Shown here: positions 10,347 to 20,749 of the stretch, in pieces
How positions within the stretch are numbered: the first letter of the stretch is position 1
Layout: each line of letters begins with the position of its first letter
Source: Nitrosomonas sp.
GTDB taxonomy: Bacteria > Pseudomonadota > Gammaproteobacteria > Burkholderiales > Nitrosomonadaceae
DNA length: 61,462 nt
NCBI GenBank assembly: GCA_021774055.1
Contig: JAJFJL010000102.1
Location: 1 to 61,462, forward strand
Direction: 5' to 3'
Position numbers and translations under genes: made by a program
The notes under the pieces: generated by a model
Databases searched by the model: none
What the model was told of the DNA's origin: nothing
The model's input: the letters and a program-made list of their open reading frames with translations, nothing else

Positions 10347-10390
10347 AAAAAACTCCATATCCATGTAAAAAATAGATATGGAGTTTTTTT
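10347..10390. terminator. Probably bidirectional intrinsic terminator between rplS and the convergent arsC-like gene
   Basis: AAAAAACTCCATATC-loop-GATATGGAGTTTTTTT. Confidence 0.75.
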
Positions 10391-10467
10391 AATTGTTGTA
10401 CCTAGATCGCATCAAAAACTATCGTCTAAAAATTGATAGTCAGACCTAGGTTATATACTTCGAACGA

Positions 10468-10803
10468 TCATAGTAATTCTCTAACATTTTCAGGTGGTCT
10501 ACATAACCTAGCTTGGTCACCTCGTACAACAATAGGTCGTTGAATCAAATCTGGATTATTAACCATAACCTTAATTAATTCATCATCAGATAATTCCGCT
10601 AAGTCCATTGACTCATCGTTACGCAAAATATCACGTAAAGATAAATTTAATTTAAGCACTAAATCATTTAATTTTTCTACGGTTAATGGCGTTTCATAAT
10701 AATTAATAGATTCAAACTGTTCGCCACTTTCTCCAAGAATTGCTAAGGTTGCTCTACATTTACTACAACTAGGTTTTTGGTAAATTGTTATTTTATCACT
10801 CAT
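10468..10803 (-). CDS. ArsC/Spx-family thioredoxin-fold protein
   Basis: ITIYQKPSCSKCR and NPDLIQRPIV motifs. Confidence 0.85.
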   Translation of the reverse strand: MSDKITIYQKPSCSKCRATLAILGESGEQFESINYYETPLTVEKLNDLVLKLNLSLRDILRNDESMDLAELSDDELIKVMVNNPDLIQRPIVVRGDQARLCRPPENVRELL

Positions 10804-10804
10804 A

Positions 10805-11335
10805 TTATTTAATGCCACATGCGTCTGAAATTGCTTTGTAGGCTGCAGATGAACCTTTTAGTCCAAAGGTATCGGTGGTTTTAGTTCCCCTAGATGATAC
10901 GCCCTTAACCACAATAGAATTTCCACGTTTAATGGCAGCAGCTAATTTATTATCAGTCGCTTGATCTGGTGTCCAGGCTGATTCACCCTGAGTAAACAAT
11001 GCGAAGTTTTGATTACCTATATTGACGGTTACTTCACTATCCTGTTGGTAAGTGTAACCGGCTATATAACTAAATACATTCTTACTATTATCAGCTGGGC
11101 GATGAGTTACTAAAGCAAAAATATCGCCACGTTTAGTGTAATCACCCTGATGGCTTTTAGGTTGACTAACCATATAACAAACTTTATTGCCGCCTTCTGC
11201 AAATACATAGGCAGACCAATCACCGTATTCATTTATTTTCTCTGGCTCCTGCTGAGCCTGCACTGAAACACACAGAAAGCTTACTAGCACAGCAGCACTA
11301 AAAATAATATGTCTTTTTAATATTAGTCTCTTCAT
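10805..11335 (-). CDS. Exported invasion-associated locus B (IalB)-like protein
   Basis: Signal peptide, YGDWSAY...KVCY, GVSSRGTKTTDTFGLKG and a C-terminal Cys. Confidence 0.7.
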   Translation of the reverse strand: MKRLILKRHIIFSAAVLVSFLCVSVQAQQEPEKINEYGDWSAYVFAEGGNKVCYMVSQPKSHQGDYTKRGDIFALVTHRPADNSKNVFSYIAGYTYQQDSEVTVNIGNQNFALFTQGESAWTPDQATDNKLAAAIKRGNSIVVKGVSSRGTKTTDTFGLKGSSAAYKAISDACGIK

Positions 11336-11385
11336 AAGGGGAGTTTAAAAAATCAATAATAAATTAAGGTACAGGTATAAAATAA

Positions 11386-11528
11386 GGCATCCTTCATGCT
11401 TCGATTACATTTAAGGTAGGGTGCGCTTTACGCACCAGCGCCATAAATGGTGCATAAAATGCACCCTACTTGTGATTCTTTTGAACATCAAAAGTGTAAA
11501 CCACTTTGAGGCTAATATGAAAGATGTC
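11386..11528. repeat. Composite repeat (family G) enclosing an inverted GTAG REP doublet at 11416-11469
   Basis: Ends GGCATCCTTCAT / ATGAAAGATGTC; contains GTAGGGTGCG...GCACCCTAC and ATCAAAAGTGTAAAC. Close match at 13931-14045. Confidence 0.75.
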
Positions 11529-11661
11529 GAAAATAAAGCATTAATAACAAAAAAACATGCATAAAATAACTTCGATAATTAGCGAATATTATACTAATTA
11601 ACTTGCTACCCTAAATATAAGTGCAACATGCTAATCATCTAAATAATTTATGCACATTTAG

Positions 11662-11919
11662 TTAATCACAGCCTTCCATTTTATAAATAAAGTAGCCATC
11701 TTTTTCAATTGCCTCAGAGACACTAGCAGGCGCACTTTGGCTGTGACAGAAACTGCATTCTTTGCTGGTAATTGCTGCTTCACTTTCACCAATTGAATCT
11801 AACCATTCCTTAGCATATTCGACCGCTTTTTGATCGTCTTTTACCGCAGTGAATACATCAAAATGCATGGTATGCCCATCTTTAGCTTTAACGTAAGTGT
11901 CGTAAACATGAATTTGCAT
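11662..11919 (-). CDS. DUF2024-family small protein (Cys/His motif)
   Basis: MQIHVYDTYVKAKDGHTMHFDV...ECSFCHSQ...KMEGC; AAGGAA SD before ATG 11919. Confidence 0.8.
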   Translation of the reverse strand: MQIHVYDTYVKAKDGHTMHFDVFTAVKDDQKAVEYAKEWLDSIGESEAAITSKECSFCHSQSAPASVSEAIEKDGYFIYKMEGCD

Positions 11920-12035
11920 ATTTATTCCTTTTATATATAGGGATAGTTTCATTATACCGTTTTTCTACACGTTACAATGACACCATCTAATGAGGGTATT
12001 ATTGCTCAAAATTTAAATTGTTTGATGAAGATAAA

Positions 12036-12095
12036 ACCTATACCCCGCAAGTAATCATGCATATAGTATGTATAGCCACTTGCTGTGGTCTAGAT
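12036..12095. repeat. MITE family A, short degenerate copy
   Basis: ACCTATACCCCGCAAGTAATCATGC...CACTTGCTGTGGTCTAGAT. Confidence 0.55.
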
Positions 12096-12104
12096 TATGG
12101 TTAT

Positions 12105-13193
12105 TCAATCAAACCCAGCAACTATCCTAATATCTTGTCCCAGCATACGCAAGTCTTTAATTTGCAATATTGATTTTTGATCAAGATCGGTTAACTCTGG
12201 CAAGCTTAGCATTCCTCTGGCGGAATCACCTAGTAATTGAGGGGCAAGAAAAACAACCAACTCATTCACTAAACTAGCTTTAATAAATGCTCCATTTAAT
12301 TTGCTACCAGCTTCAACTAACAACTCATTAACCTCAAGCTTAGCAAGTTGCTGCATCATTTTCATCAAGTCTACCTCACCATTACTACCTGGCAACTCAA
12401 TAACTTTAACTCCAAGATCATTCAGATGACACCTTTTTTCTTCATTATGTGTTGCAGTGAAAATAACCACTCTTCCGTTACGTAACAATTTAGCGCCAAG
12501 TGATATATCTAACCTACTATCCACTAATATTTTTAATGGCTGCCTGGAAGTATTAACATGACGCACAGTAAGCTGTGGATCGTCAGATCTTACGGTGCCA
12601 ATACCCGTTAAAATAGCGCAGGAACGAGCACGCCACCGGTGTCCATCTTGTCTAGCAGGTAGGCCGGTAATCCACTGACTAACACCATTATTAAGAGCTG
12701 TTTTGCCATCAAGACTAGCCGCCACTTTAATTCTTACCCACGGCCGCTGATAACACATTCTGCTAATAAAACCTGGGTTAAGTGCTTTTGCTTCTGTTTC
12801 TAACAAGCCTGCTTGTACTTCAATGCCTGACTGTTCAAGGAACAACATCCCTAATTTACTAGAAACTAAAGGATTAGGATCTTTCATCGCTATTACTACT
12901 CTCGCAACACCTGCACGCACTAATGCTTCAGTGCAAGGACGTGTGCGCCCTACGTGGCTGCATGGTTCCAAAGTAACGTAAACGGTTGCTTTTTTTGCCG
13001 TGCTGCTTGCCATATTTAATGCATTAATTTCTGCATGTGGTTGCCCAGCTTTCTCATGCCAACCAGTCCCGACTACCTGGTCATTACGCACAATTACACA
13101 ACCAACTCTTGGATTAGGACTGGAACTATATAGCCCTTTCTCAGCAAGTTGTATTGCTTGGGCCATATAGGTATGGTCTACAGCAGAAAACAT
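12105..13193 (-). CDS. ribD: Bifunctional riboflavin biosynthesis deaminase/reductase RibD
   Basis: PNPRVGC, HAE, TLEPCSH and SLDGKTA...SQWIT motifs. Confidence 0.97.
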   Translation of the reverse strand: MFSAVDHTYMAQAIQLAEKGLYSSSPNPRVGCVIVRNDQVVGTGWHEKAGQPHAEINALNMASSTAKKATVYVTLEPCSHVGRTRPCTEALVRAGVARVVIAMKDPNPLVSSKLGMLFLEQSGIEVQAGLLETEAKALNPGFISRMCYQRPWVRIKVAASLDGKTALNNGVSQWITGLPARQDGHRWRARSCAILTGIGTVRSDDPQLTVRHVNTSRQPLKILVDSRLDISLGAKLLRNGRVVIFTATHNEEKRCHLNDLGVKVIELPGSNGEVDLMKMMQQLAKLEVNELLVEAGSKLNGAFIKASLVNELVVFLAPQLLGDSARGMLSLPELTDLDQKSILQIKDLRMLGQDIRIVAGFD

Positions 13194-13239
13194 AGAAAAA
13201 ATACTTTAAGTTTGGCGTAGTAAGGGAGATGGAAAATTG

Positions 13240-13704
13240 TTAATTCTTTTTTTGTGGTTTTTTTGTTTCTTTAATTGCATCACGAAAATCATCAATATCT
13301 TGAAAACTTCGATAAATTGAAGCAAAACGAATATAAGCAACTGCATCTAACGTGTAAAGTTCTTCCATTACACTTTCACCAATACTACGTGAGGATATTT
13401 CTCGCTCCCCTAGATTTAGATACTTTTGCACAATACGATCAATAGCAGCGTTAACACTATCAGTAGATACCGGGCGTTTATGCAAAGCACGTAAAAAACC
13501 AGTCAATAATTTATTACGATCAAATTCAGCACGGTTGCCGTCATTTTTAACGACTTGTGGTAAACGTAATTCCATTGTTTCATAGGTAGTAAAACGTTTT
13601 TCACAAGTTAGGCAACGACGACGGCGGCGTATTCGATCACCTTCTTCACTAACACGAGAATCAACGACGCTAGTATCGTTAGCATTACAAAAAGGACACT
13701 TCAT
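13240..13704 (-). CDS. nrdR: Transcriptional repressor NrdR
   Basis: MKCPFC...VVDSR...IRRRRRC..C..RFTTYE, ATP cone and VAYIRFAS. Start at 13704. Confidence 0.97.
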   Translation of the reverse strand: MKCPFCNANDTSVVDSRVSEEGDRIRRRRRCLTCEKRFTTYETMELRLPQVVKNDGNRAEFDRNKLLTGFLRALHKRPVSTDSVNAAIDRIVQKYLNLGEREISSRSIGESVMEELYTLDAVAYIRFASIYRSFQDIDDFRDAIKETKKPQKKN

Positions 13705-13770
13705 AATTGACAGACAATGCAAAATAAACCGACATTTTACACGTAAATACTTGATTTTCAAGTTTTTAAT

Positions 13771-13883
13771 CTTGACAGAGCAATATCTTGCTTATAGAGT
13801 GAAATTTATTTTATTTGGTATTCTTATAAATGCTCGCGGCAAATTATTTTATACCTATAAAACAATGTGTTGCGTATGTCAAG
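13771..13883. repeat. Palindromic element with a family A-like core and different termini
   Basis: CTTGACA...TGTCAAG ends. Interior TATAGAGTGAAATTT and CTATAAAACAATGTGTTGC resemble the family A core. Confidence 0.5.
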
Positions 13884-13930
13884 GTAAGATCTGTTTTATA
13901 TTTTGCTCTCTAAGGGACGGGGAGTAAGTA

Positions 13931-14122
13931 GGCATCCTTCATGCACGTTCCTAAGGTAGGGTGCGTTTTACGCACCAACGTTATAGATGGTGCATGGAAT
14001 GCACCCTACTTATAATTTTTCTGATATCAAAAGTGTAAACTACTTCCTTGTTCCCATGCTCCTGCGTGGGAATACATAACGATGCGTACGTTGGGTTTCG
14101 CTACTCGCTCTACCCAACCTAC
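13931..14122. repeat. Repeat cluster: family G element with REP doublet plus two further REP-like hairpins
   Basis: GGCATCCTTCATGCACGTTCC, REP doublet 13956-14009, GTTCCCATGCTCCTGCGTGGGAAT, and an inverted GTAG REP at 14090-14122. Confidence 0.75.
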
Positions 14123-14172
14123 ATGCTATCAATTGTATCTTTTTTCGTGCCACTAAATGCGCAGGAGCAAGA

Positions 14173-15423
14173 TTACTTACCATAAACAGGAAAAGCTGCA
14201 CATAGTGCCTTAGCTGATTCTGCAACACGTGCAATTACTGTTTCGTCACCAGGTGATTCCAATACATCCGCAATCAAATTAGCTAATTGCTCAGATTCAA
14301 TTTCTTTAAAACCACGGGTAGTTATTGCAGGTGAACCAATACGGATACCACTAGTAACAAACGGCTTCTGCGGATCATTAGGAATAGCGTTTTTATTGAC
14401 AGTAATATGTGACAATTCCAGCGCAGCTTCTGCGTGCTTACCGGTAAGCTCCATAGCGCGAAGATCAACTAAGAACATATGACAATCAGTATTCCCAGAG
14501 ACAATTCGCAATCCACGTTGGGCTAACACTTTCGCCATAACACGTGCATTCTCAATCACTTGTTCTTGATAAACCTTAAATTCACTACTAGCCGCCTCTT
14601 TGAAAGCAACCGCTTTAGCTGCAATCACATGCATCAAAGGTCCACCCTGAGTTTGCGGAAAAATTGCTGAATTTAGTGCTTTTTCATGCTCTGGCTTGGC
14701 CATAATAATACCGCCGCGTGGCCCACGTAATGTTTTGTGCGTAGTACTAGTTACAAAATCTGCAATACCAACTGGGTTTGGATAAAAACCAGCAGCCACT
14801 AAGCCAGCGTAATGTGCCATATCAACAAATAAATAAGCACCAACTTCATCCGCAATCTTACGGAAGCGTTTCCAATCAATGATTCTTGAATAAGATGAAG
14901 CCCCGGCAACAATCATTTTTGGCTTATGCTCATGTGCTAAACGTGCAACTTCTTTGTAATCAATTTCTTCTGTATCAGGATCAAGCCCATAACCAACAGA
15001 ATGAAATATTTTGCCACTAAAATTAACCGCAGAGCCATGGGTCAAATGACCACCATGGGCTAATGACATTCCTAGCAAGGTGTCGCCAGGTTTTAAGGCT
15101 GACAGATAAACTGCTGCGTTTGCTTGTGAACCAGAATGTGGTTGAACATTTACATATTCAGCACCAAAAAGAGATTTTAAGCGGTCAATTGCAAGCTGCT
15201 CAACAATATCAACATGTTTACAGCCACCATAATATCGTTTGCCAGGATAACCTTCAGCATACTTATTAGTTAATACGGATCCTTGTGCCTCCATAACAGC
15301 TGGACTGGCATAGTTTTCCGAGGCGATCAACTCAATATGATCTTCTTGACGTTGTATTTCGCCGGTTATTGCTTGCCATAAATCTGGATCAACTGTTGCG
15401 ATCGTTTGCTTCTGAGAAAACAT
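14173..15423 (-). CDS. glyA: Serine hydroxymethyltransferase
   Basis: [21 protein letters not shown] and [12 protein letters not shown] motifs. Confidence 0.99.
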   Translation of the reverse strand: MFSQKQTIATVDPDLWQAITGEIQRQEDHIELIASENYASPAVMEAQGSVLTNKYAEGYPGKRYYGGCKHVDIVEQLAIDRLKSLFGAEYVNVQPHSGSQANAAVYLSALKPGDTLLGMSLAHGGHLTHGSAVNFSGKIFHSVGYGLDPDTEEIDYKEVARLAHEHKPKMIVAGASSYSRIIDWKRFRKIADEVGAYLFVDMAHYAGLVAAGFYPNPVGIADFVTSTTHKTLRGPRGGIIMAKPEHEKALNSAIFPQTQGGPLMHVIAAKAVAFKEAASSEFKVYQEQVIENARVMAKVLAQRGLRIVSGNTDCHMFLVDLRAMELTGKHAEAALELSHITVNKNAIPNDPQKPFVTSGIRIGSPAITTRGFKEIESEQLANLIADVLESPGDETVIARVAESAKALCAAFPVYGK

Positions 15424-15585
15424 GGTGAGATCAGTCCTCTAAAATTTTTTAAAGCGAGAAAATGCGTATCTTACCATCAACCGTAGAAACAGAAATATAC
15501 TCTTTGTTGATATTAGCATTGTCCTTTAATACTTGGGCTACCAACTTAAGACGGGACAAAACTTGTAATTAGGAAACTCCCCCTC

Positions 15586-15898
15586 GTCATTCCTGCTAGA
15601 AACATGCAAGAATGACGGTGGGTAGGCATTGAAGGATGCCTAATTTATTTCATGCACGTTCCATAGTTCAATCGATACCTATGATATGCAGGGCTAAAGC
15701 CCCGCTTCCAACATAAATTAATAATTTGAATTTGGAATAGAATCAGGTGGCAGTTTATTTTATATATGGAGTGATGATAATTGATACCATTGGAACCTGG
15801 GCTTTAGCCCAGCTAAAACAGCTATGTAACTGTTTACATAAAGCAGAAGATGGGCATAAGGTACTAGTTGCCTAATTTATCCCATGCACGTTCCTTAG
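15586..15898. repeat. Repeat cluster upstream of the KAP NTPase
   Basis: Hairpin CGTCATTCCTGC...GCAAGAATGACG, TGAAGGATGCC, two copies of CATGCACGTTCC, and an inverted pair GGGCTAAAGCCC / GGGCTTTAGCCC. Confidence 0.65.
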
Positions 15899-15932
15899 CA
15901 TCTCTTCAACTACAAATTAAAGGTGATTTGAT

Positions 15933-17339
15933 TTGGGAAATCATTCGAGCAGCAACGACTTACCGACACTTGACGCATTGCCTAGCACTAAATCTTTTAT
16001 AGAACGTTTGGCAGAAGATATCAGTAATTCCCCTTCACCAAAAACTTTGGCGATTACTGGTTATTGGGGGTCAGGTAAAACTTCCGCGCTGGCACAATTG
16101 TATAAGGAGTTAACCAACGTTGTCCCACCTGGGTTTGAGGACTCAAGCACCGAACAAGAAGACCAGGATCACCTTGGCATATGGTTTGAAGCATGGCGCT
16201 ATCAACATGAACCAGTACCTATAGTGGCACTATTGCACTGTATTAAGAGTAATTTTTCTGCCAGAAGTAAATTTGTCGATAAAGCAGGTAAACTAATCAA
16301 TATAGCTATATTAGGCGCTATTGCGGTTCTAGATGGGGTTATTAAAACTGCTGGAATTGATAAGCTGCAAGCGACAGGTGAAAAGTATGAGCAAGATAAT
16401 CTGCTCAGTCGCCTGTCCAGCGATCAGATCAATGATGCGCTTAAACAAGCTATTGATGTAATCCTGAAAGAAAATAAGCAAGAAGGTAAAAAACTAATTG
16501 TTTTTATTGATGATTTAGATCGTTGTGAACCTGAAACAGCTTACAACTTGTTAGAGGGAATTAAGATTTACCTGAATATTCCTAATTGCACGGTAGTTAT
16601 GGCAATTGATCAAGAACAGATTGAATCTAGCCTAAAAAGTAAAGTAGGTGATAATGGTTTCTATGGCGTTGAATATCTGGAGAAACTGTTTCAAGATGCT
16701 CATCGACTACCGATACCTGGCGCGGAAGAACGTAGTGTATTTTTAATTGAACAAATAAAGTCACTTAAAGGTATGGATGAATCTAAGATGAACAATTATG
16801 TTAATGCTTTACAGAAGGTTCTAGGCGAATATGATTGCTTACCTGCCAACCCCAGACGTTTGAAGATGTTATCTAATCGGATTACTGCATTTTTTCGCTC
16901 GGTGCAGCCTGAAAAGATAGACAAACCACAGGAAGTTATCACCGAGCATCATGATGAAATTTACGCCATTGCCATCTTGGTGGTTGCTTACTTATCAGTT
17001 AGTTATCGAAGACTATATGAAAGACTAGAATCTAAGCCAGAATTTATTCATGAGTTATTTGAATTTAGTAACGTTGAACTTAACAGTCATGATCATGAAA
17101 ACAGCTTGTCAGTATTTTATGAGTTTAATAAAAATAATGCACAATCTAAAACATTAGTTGAGCATCCTAGTGGTTTAGGCGTATTTCGACTTAAAGCTTT
17201 TTTTACTACAGGCCCGAATTCTATTTCCAGCAAGTATAAATTAGAAGATCAAATGCTAGGCGATATAATGCACCAGATAATCAAACAATTTAATTGTCCA
17301 TCTGAAAACCAAGCTGATGTAGGTAATTCAGGGGAATAA
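15933..17339 (+). CDS. KAP-family P-loop NTPase
   Basis: Walker A AITGYWGSGKTS, WFEAWRYQ, Walker B VFIDDLDRC, YLEKLFQ and NPRRLK. TTG start with AAAGGTGA upstream. Confidence 0.9.
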   Translation: MGNHSSSNDLPTLDALPSTKSFIERLAEDISNSPSPKTLAITGYWGSGKTSALAQLYKELTNVVPPGFEDSSTEQEDQDHLGIWFEAWRYQHEPVPIVALLHCIKSNFSARSKFVDKAGKLINIAILGAIAVLDGVIKTAGIDKLQATGEKYEQDNLLSRLSSDQINDALKQAIDVILKENKQEGKKLIVFIDDLDRCEPETAYNLLEGIKIYLNIPNCTVVMAIDQEQIESSLKSKVGDNGFYGVEYLEKLFQDAHRLPIPGAEERSVFLIEQIKSLKGMDESKMNNYVNALQKVLGEYDCLPANPRRLKMLSNRITAFFRSVQPEKIDKPQEVITEHHDEIYAIAILVVAYLSVSYRRLYERLESKPEFIHELFEFSNVELNSHDHENSLSVFYEFNKNNAQSKTLVEHPSGLGVFRLKAFFTTGPNSISSKYKLEDQMLGDIMHQIIKQFNCPSENQADVGNSGE

Positions 17340-17340
17340 T

Positions 17341-17470
17341 GGGTATCCTTCATATCTTACTAAAGTAGTTTGCACTTTTGATTTGATGCCTATTTACACT
17401 CTCTCGTCATTCCTGCATGTTTTTAGCAGTAATGACGAAGTGGGTGTTTCATAACAACTATGTTGGACAA
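17341..17470. repeat. Family G end plus GTCATTCC hairpin element
   Basis: GGTATCCTTCATAT...GTTTGCACTTTTGAT (inverted G end), then TGCCTATTTA...CGTCATTCCTGC...AATGACG...GTGTTTCATA, matching 53935-54030. Confidence 0.65.
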
Positions 17471-17476
17471 CGTTTT

Positions 17477-19906
17477 ATGCCAATTAATATAAAAAAACCA
17501 TTGAAGGTAACTAATCCACTACCAACCTATGAAAAAGCTGATAATAAAAACTTTATTGACCTAACTCGCTCAGCGTTAAGTACCTACAATAGCGAAGCAA
17601 TTAAACAATTCGGCTACTTGGATAACCAAGGATTGGCATTAGATGATAACGAAGGTGATAATAGTGGGCCAGTTTTTATTGATAGCTTGTATGTTTTACC
17701 GGGTGCTAGCAGTGTCCGTCAAGCACCTGAAGAGCTGGCACAACAAGAAATAGATGGTAAAACTGAGCAAGTTATTCCGGGTGAGGAGAATGAATTATTC
17801 AGCAATATTGCTAATTTAATCTGGCGCAATCCTCGCTTAACTTTATTAGGTGATCCTGGGGTAGGAAAAACTACGCTAATCCAGTGGTTGGTTTGTTCGC
17901 TTTGTCATTGGAATAGCAATCATGCGCAGCAGCAGATTGGTAAACTTTTTCCGCTGGTATTGACCGCACGCCGATTGCCGCAAAATATTGCCAAGGTTGA
18001 TAAGTTAGATAATGAAGCATTTATTAGCCAATTATTAACAACCCAAGGTCAACAACTTGCCTCACTGATCTTAGGAAATCAGCATGCCAATGAAACTTTG
18101 TATCAACTACTAGATCTGGGACAGGTGCTTATATTGGTTGATGGTCTTGACGAAATTTCACCAGACACTAGCGCTTGGCTGAATACGCAACTACGTCAAC
18201 TACTAAGACAATATCCAAAACTACGTTTGTTAATGACTTCACGCGTGGTTGGCTTTAATGCCATAGAGTTTTGGCAGATAGATGTTGGTGGTGAATATCA
18301 AAAACAAAAGCAAGAAATTGCAGCAGATGAAGCCCAAAGACAGAATCAATTAAAAGATGATGCCATCAAGCAACAAGCTAATTTGCCAACAAATTATTTT
18401 TTAGCACCTTTTTCACCAAAGCAACGACAACAGTTTGCCAGCAATTGGGTGACCAATTATTTACCACCGAACCAGGAAAAACGGCAACAATTTATTGATA
18501 ATATTGCGTCGATTAGTCAACATAGTCTACAACTTAATGCTTTATCGCGAATCCCGGCACTACTTAATCTGATTTGTTTTATCCAATGGCGTCGAGGTAA
18601 GTTACCTAATGGCCGAGCTGAACTTTATCAGCGTATTGTTGAAACTTATCTAGTTGCTATGGATAGAGCTAGACAGATGGAAGCACAACTTAGTGATGAA
18701 TATGACTATCAGGATATTAAAAACTGGCTTGGCAAGCTTGCTTTACAACTGCATTCAGGTGAGTTGATTTGTGCTGGCGAGCAAGCGCAGTTAGCTAAAT
18801 TAAGTGAAGATAAACTTGAAACACTGCGTCATCAAGAAGCTGAAATCAAACCACAACGACTGACTCAGCTAAGTGAAGGAGAACTAAGAGAATTTTTGCA
18901 ATTACAACTTACTGAAGTAGTTGAGACGGATAGATTACAAGAACAGAGCGAACAGCTAATTGATTTTATTAAAAAACGTACCGGATTTTTAATTCCTAAA
19001 GGACAGATAAATGGTGAAGAGTATTTTGCTTTTAGCCATCTTTCTTTTCAGGAATATTTTGCAGCCTATCGTATCAGTAAGCACTTAGGTCAACCCATAG
19101 CTAATGATAGCTTAACTAAAAAAGGGTTATCAGACACAATATTGAATCCCTCCTGGGGTGAAATATGGCAACTAGCTTTTGAAGAGTTATCTTTTAGTGA
19201 TCATTCACGTAGCACAATTGAGCAACAACTAGAACGTTTGTTTCCTGAACCAAGCAGACAACTCAGCAATATTAGATTTTGGGAGGATTTTCCAGAACAA
19301 ATAAAGCTATATAGTAAAATTATTCTTAATCCAGCGGTTAAATTGGCGCGTAACAAGCGTCTTGTTCGGCAAAAAAAACTAGTCGTTGATTATTTGCAAA
19401 ATAATTGCCCTGCAGATGCGGCAGCTACTGCGGTGGTCAATCATTTACTCGCTAATTGGCAACAAGTTAGCGATATCTTGCTAGATTCCAAATCACTCTA
19501 TTTAACAGATAAAAAATTAACTACTTATTTGTGGCTTTGTCAGTTATCTGAACTAACAAAGCTTTATTTGAATGGGACACACATCACAGACCTAACGCCA
19601 CTGGCGCAGTTAAAGCAACTGACATGGCTTGATTTAAATCGCACAGACATAACAGAGCTGACGCCACTGGCGGAGTTAAAGCAACTGATATGGCTTTATT
19701 TAAGTCGCACAAACATCACAGACCTAAAGCCACTGGAGCAGCTAAAGCAACTGACAATACTTGATTTGAGTCGCACAGGCATCACAGGACTAATGCCACT
19801 GGCACAGTTAAAGCAACTGGCAGAGCTTAATTTAAGTCGCACAAACATCAGTGACCCAGAAACACTAAAACAATTAAAGTCAAGAAAGGTCATGATTTTC
19901 CAATAA
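17477..19906 (+). CDS. NACHT NTPase with C-terminal leucine-rich repeats (NLR-like)
   Basis: Walker A LLGDPGVGKTT, Walker B ILVDGLDEI, LLMTSR, winged-helix FSHLSFQEYFAA and five 22-aa LRRs. Start moved to ATG 17477 because the upstream codons lie in a repeat. Confidence 0.9.
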   Translation: MPINIKKPLKVTNPLPTYEKADNKNFIDLTRSALSTYNSEAIKQFGYLDNQGLALDDNEGDNSGPVFIDSLYVLPGASSVRQAPEELAQQEIDGKTEQVIPGEENELFSNIANLIWRNPRLTLLGDPGVGKTTLIQWLVCSLCHWNSNHAQQQIGKLFPLVLTARRLPQNIAKVDKLDNEAFISQLLTTQGQQLASLILGNQHANETLYQLLDLGQVLILVDGLDEISPDTSAWLNTQLRQLLRQYPKLRLLMTSRVVGFNAIEFWQIDVGGEYQKQKQEIAADEAQRQNQLKDDAIKQQANLPTNYFLAPFSPKQRQQFASNWVTNYLPPNQEKRQQFIDNIASISQHSLQLNALSRIPALLNLICFIQWRRGKLPNGRAELYQRIVETYLVAMDRARQMEAQLSDEYDYQDIKNWLGKLALQLHSGELICAGEQAQLAKLSEDKLETLRHQEAEIKPQRLTQLSEGELREFLQLQLTEVVETDRLQEQSEQLIDFIKKRTGFLIPKGQINGEEYFAFSHLSFQEYFAAYRISKHLGQPIANDSLTKKGLSDTILNPSWGEIWQLAFEELSFSDHSRSTIEQQLERLFPEPSRQLSNIRFWEDFPEQIKLYSKIILNPAVKLARNKRLVRQKKLVVDYLQNNCPADAAATAVVNHLLANWQQVSDILLDSKSLYLTDKKLTTYLWLCQLSELTKLYLNGTHITDLTPLAQLKQLTWLDLNRTDITELTPLAELKQLIWLYLSRTNITDLKPLEQLKQLTILDLSRTGITGLMPLAQLKQLAELNLSRTNISDPETLKQLKSRKVMIFQ
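19544..19873 (+). repeat. Five tandem 66-bp units encoding internalin-type LRRs
   Basis: Units start at 19544, 19610, 19676, 19742 and 19808; consensus LKQLTxLxLSRTxITDLxPLAQ. Confidence 0.92.
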
Positions 19907-20019
19907 TAAATTTAGTGACCCACTTCTATTATTGATAACAAAATCAAACTAGCATCATCACTTCTATTCACCCCAGTAAACCAGTAGAATAATACTTTTA
20001 ATTTACTTTATTTTTTATT

Positions 20020-20745
20020 GTGTCTAATAACTTACAAAACTCAGCATTGCAGCCATTATCCGAAGAAGAATTAAATGAGCTTAAGGAACTTCTGTTGGCT
20101 GATAGCCTTTCAGATGAAGCAATGCTGATGTCTACATTAGATGGTTATCTTACTGCGATTGCATCTGCACCAGTCAGGTTAAATCCAAGCGAATGGATGC
20201 CTGGTATATGGGGGCCTACTAAAGAAGATATGCCCACATTTGCAACCACAGAGCAAGCTGAACATACAATTAAATTAATAATCCGGCATTTAAATGGAAT
20301 TATTAATATCCTAAATAAATCTCCAGAAGATCTTGAACCTATCCTTGATAAAACTGAGCATCAATCAAAAGTATATATTGACGGTGAGATGTGGGCCTAT
20401 GGATATATGGCTGGTGTTGAATTATGCCATGACCAGTGGCAACCTATTTTTGATGATGCAGATGGAGTAAAATCCATGCTTCCAATTTGTCTGCTTGGCG
20501 GAGGTGCTAACATACCTATAAAAGAATTAGTTGAACTTGTCAGAACACCCGAGCAGCGTGAAGAATTTTCCATGCAAATCCCTGCCTGCGTGCTTCAGAT
20601 ACGTTGTTTTTGGTTATCTTATACAAAAGATCTCCCTGCTAAACGTGGCACAGTTAATACAATTCATCGAGATCAACTAAAAATCGGACGTAACGATCCA
20701 TGTTCTTGCGGTAGTGGGAAGAAGTTTAAGAGGTGTTGTGGATAA
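20020..20745 (+). CDS. UPF0149/YecA-family protein with C-terminal SEC-C motif
   Basis: LDGYLTAI...[16 protein letters not shown] and [21 protein letters not shown]. Confidence 0.88.
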   Translation: MSNNLQNSALQPLSEEELNELKELLLADSLSDEAMLMSTLDGYLTAIASAPVRLNPSEWMPGIWGPTKEDMPTFATTEQAEHTIKLIIRHLNGIINILNKSPEDLEPILDKTEHQSKVYIDGEMWAYGYMAGVELCHDQWQPIFDDADGVKSMLPICLLGGGANIPIKELVELVRTPEQREEFSMQIPACVLQIRCFWLSYTKDLPAKRGTVNTIHRDQLKIGRNDPCSCGSGKKFKRCCG

Positions 20746-20749
20746 TATG

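Noticed and set aside
10400-10451. Additional family A MITE copy
   Set aside because: Only the CCTAGATC/GACCTAGG ends match and the interior is unrelated, so it cannot be assigned confidently.
20020-20745. yecA-like gene as a third component of the KAP/NACHT-LRR locus
   Set aside because: It belongs to a widespread SEC-C family, is separated by an AT-rich gap with a possible own -10 (TAGAAT), and nothing beyond adjacency links it.
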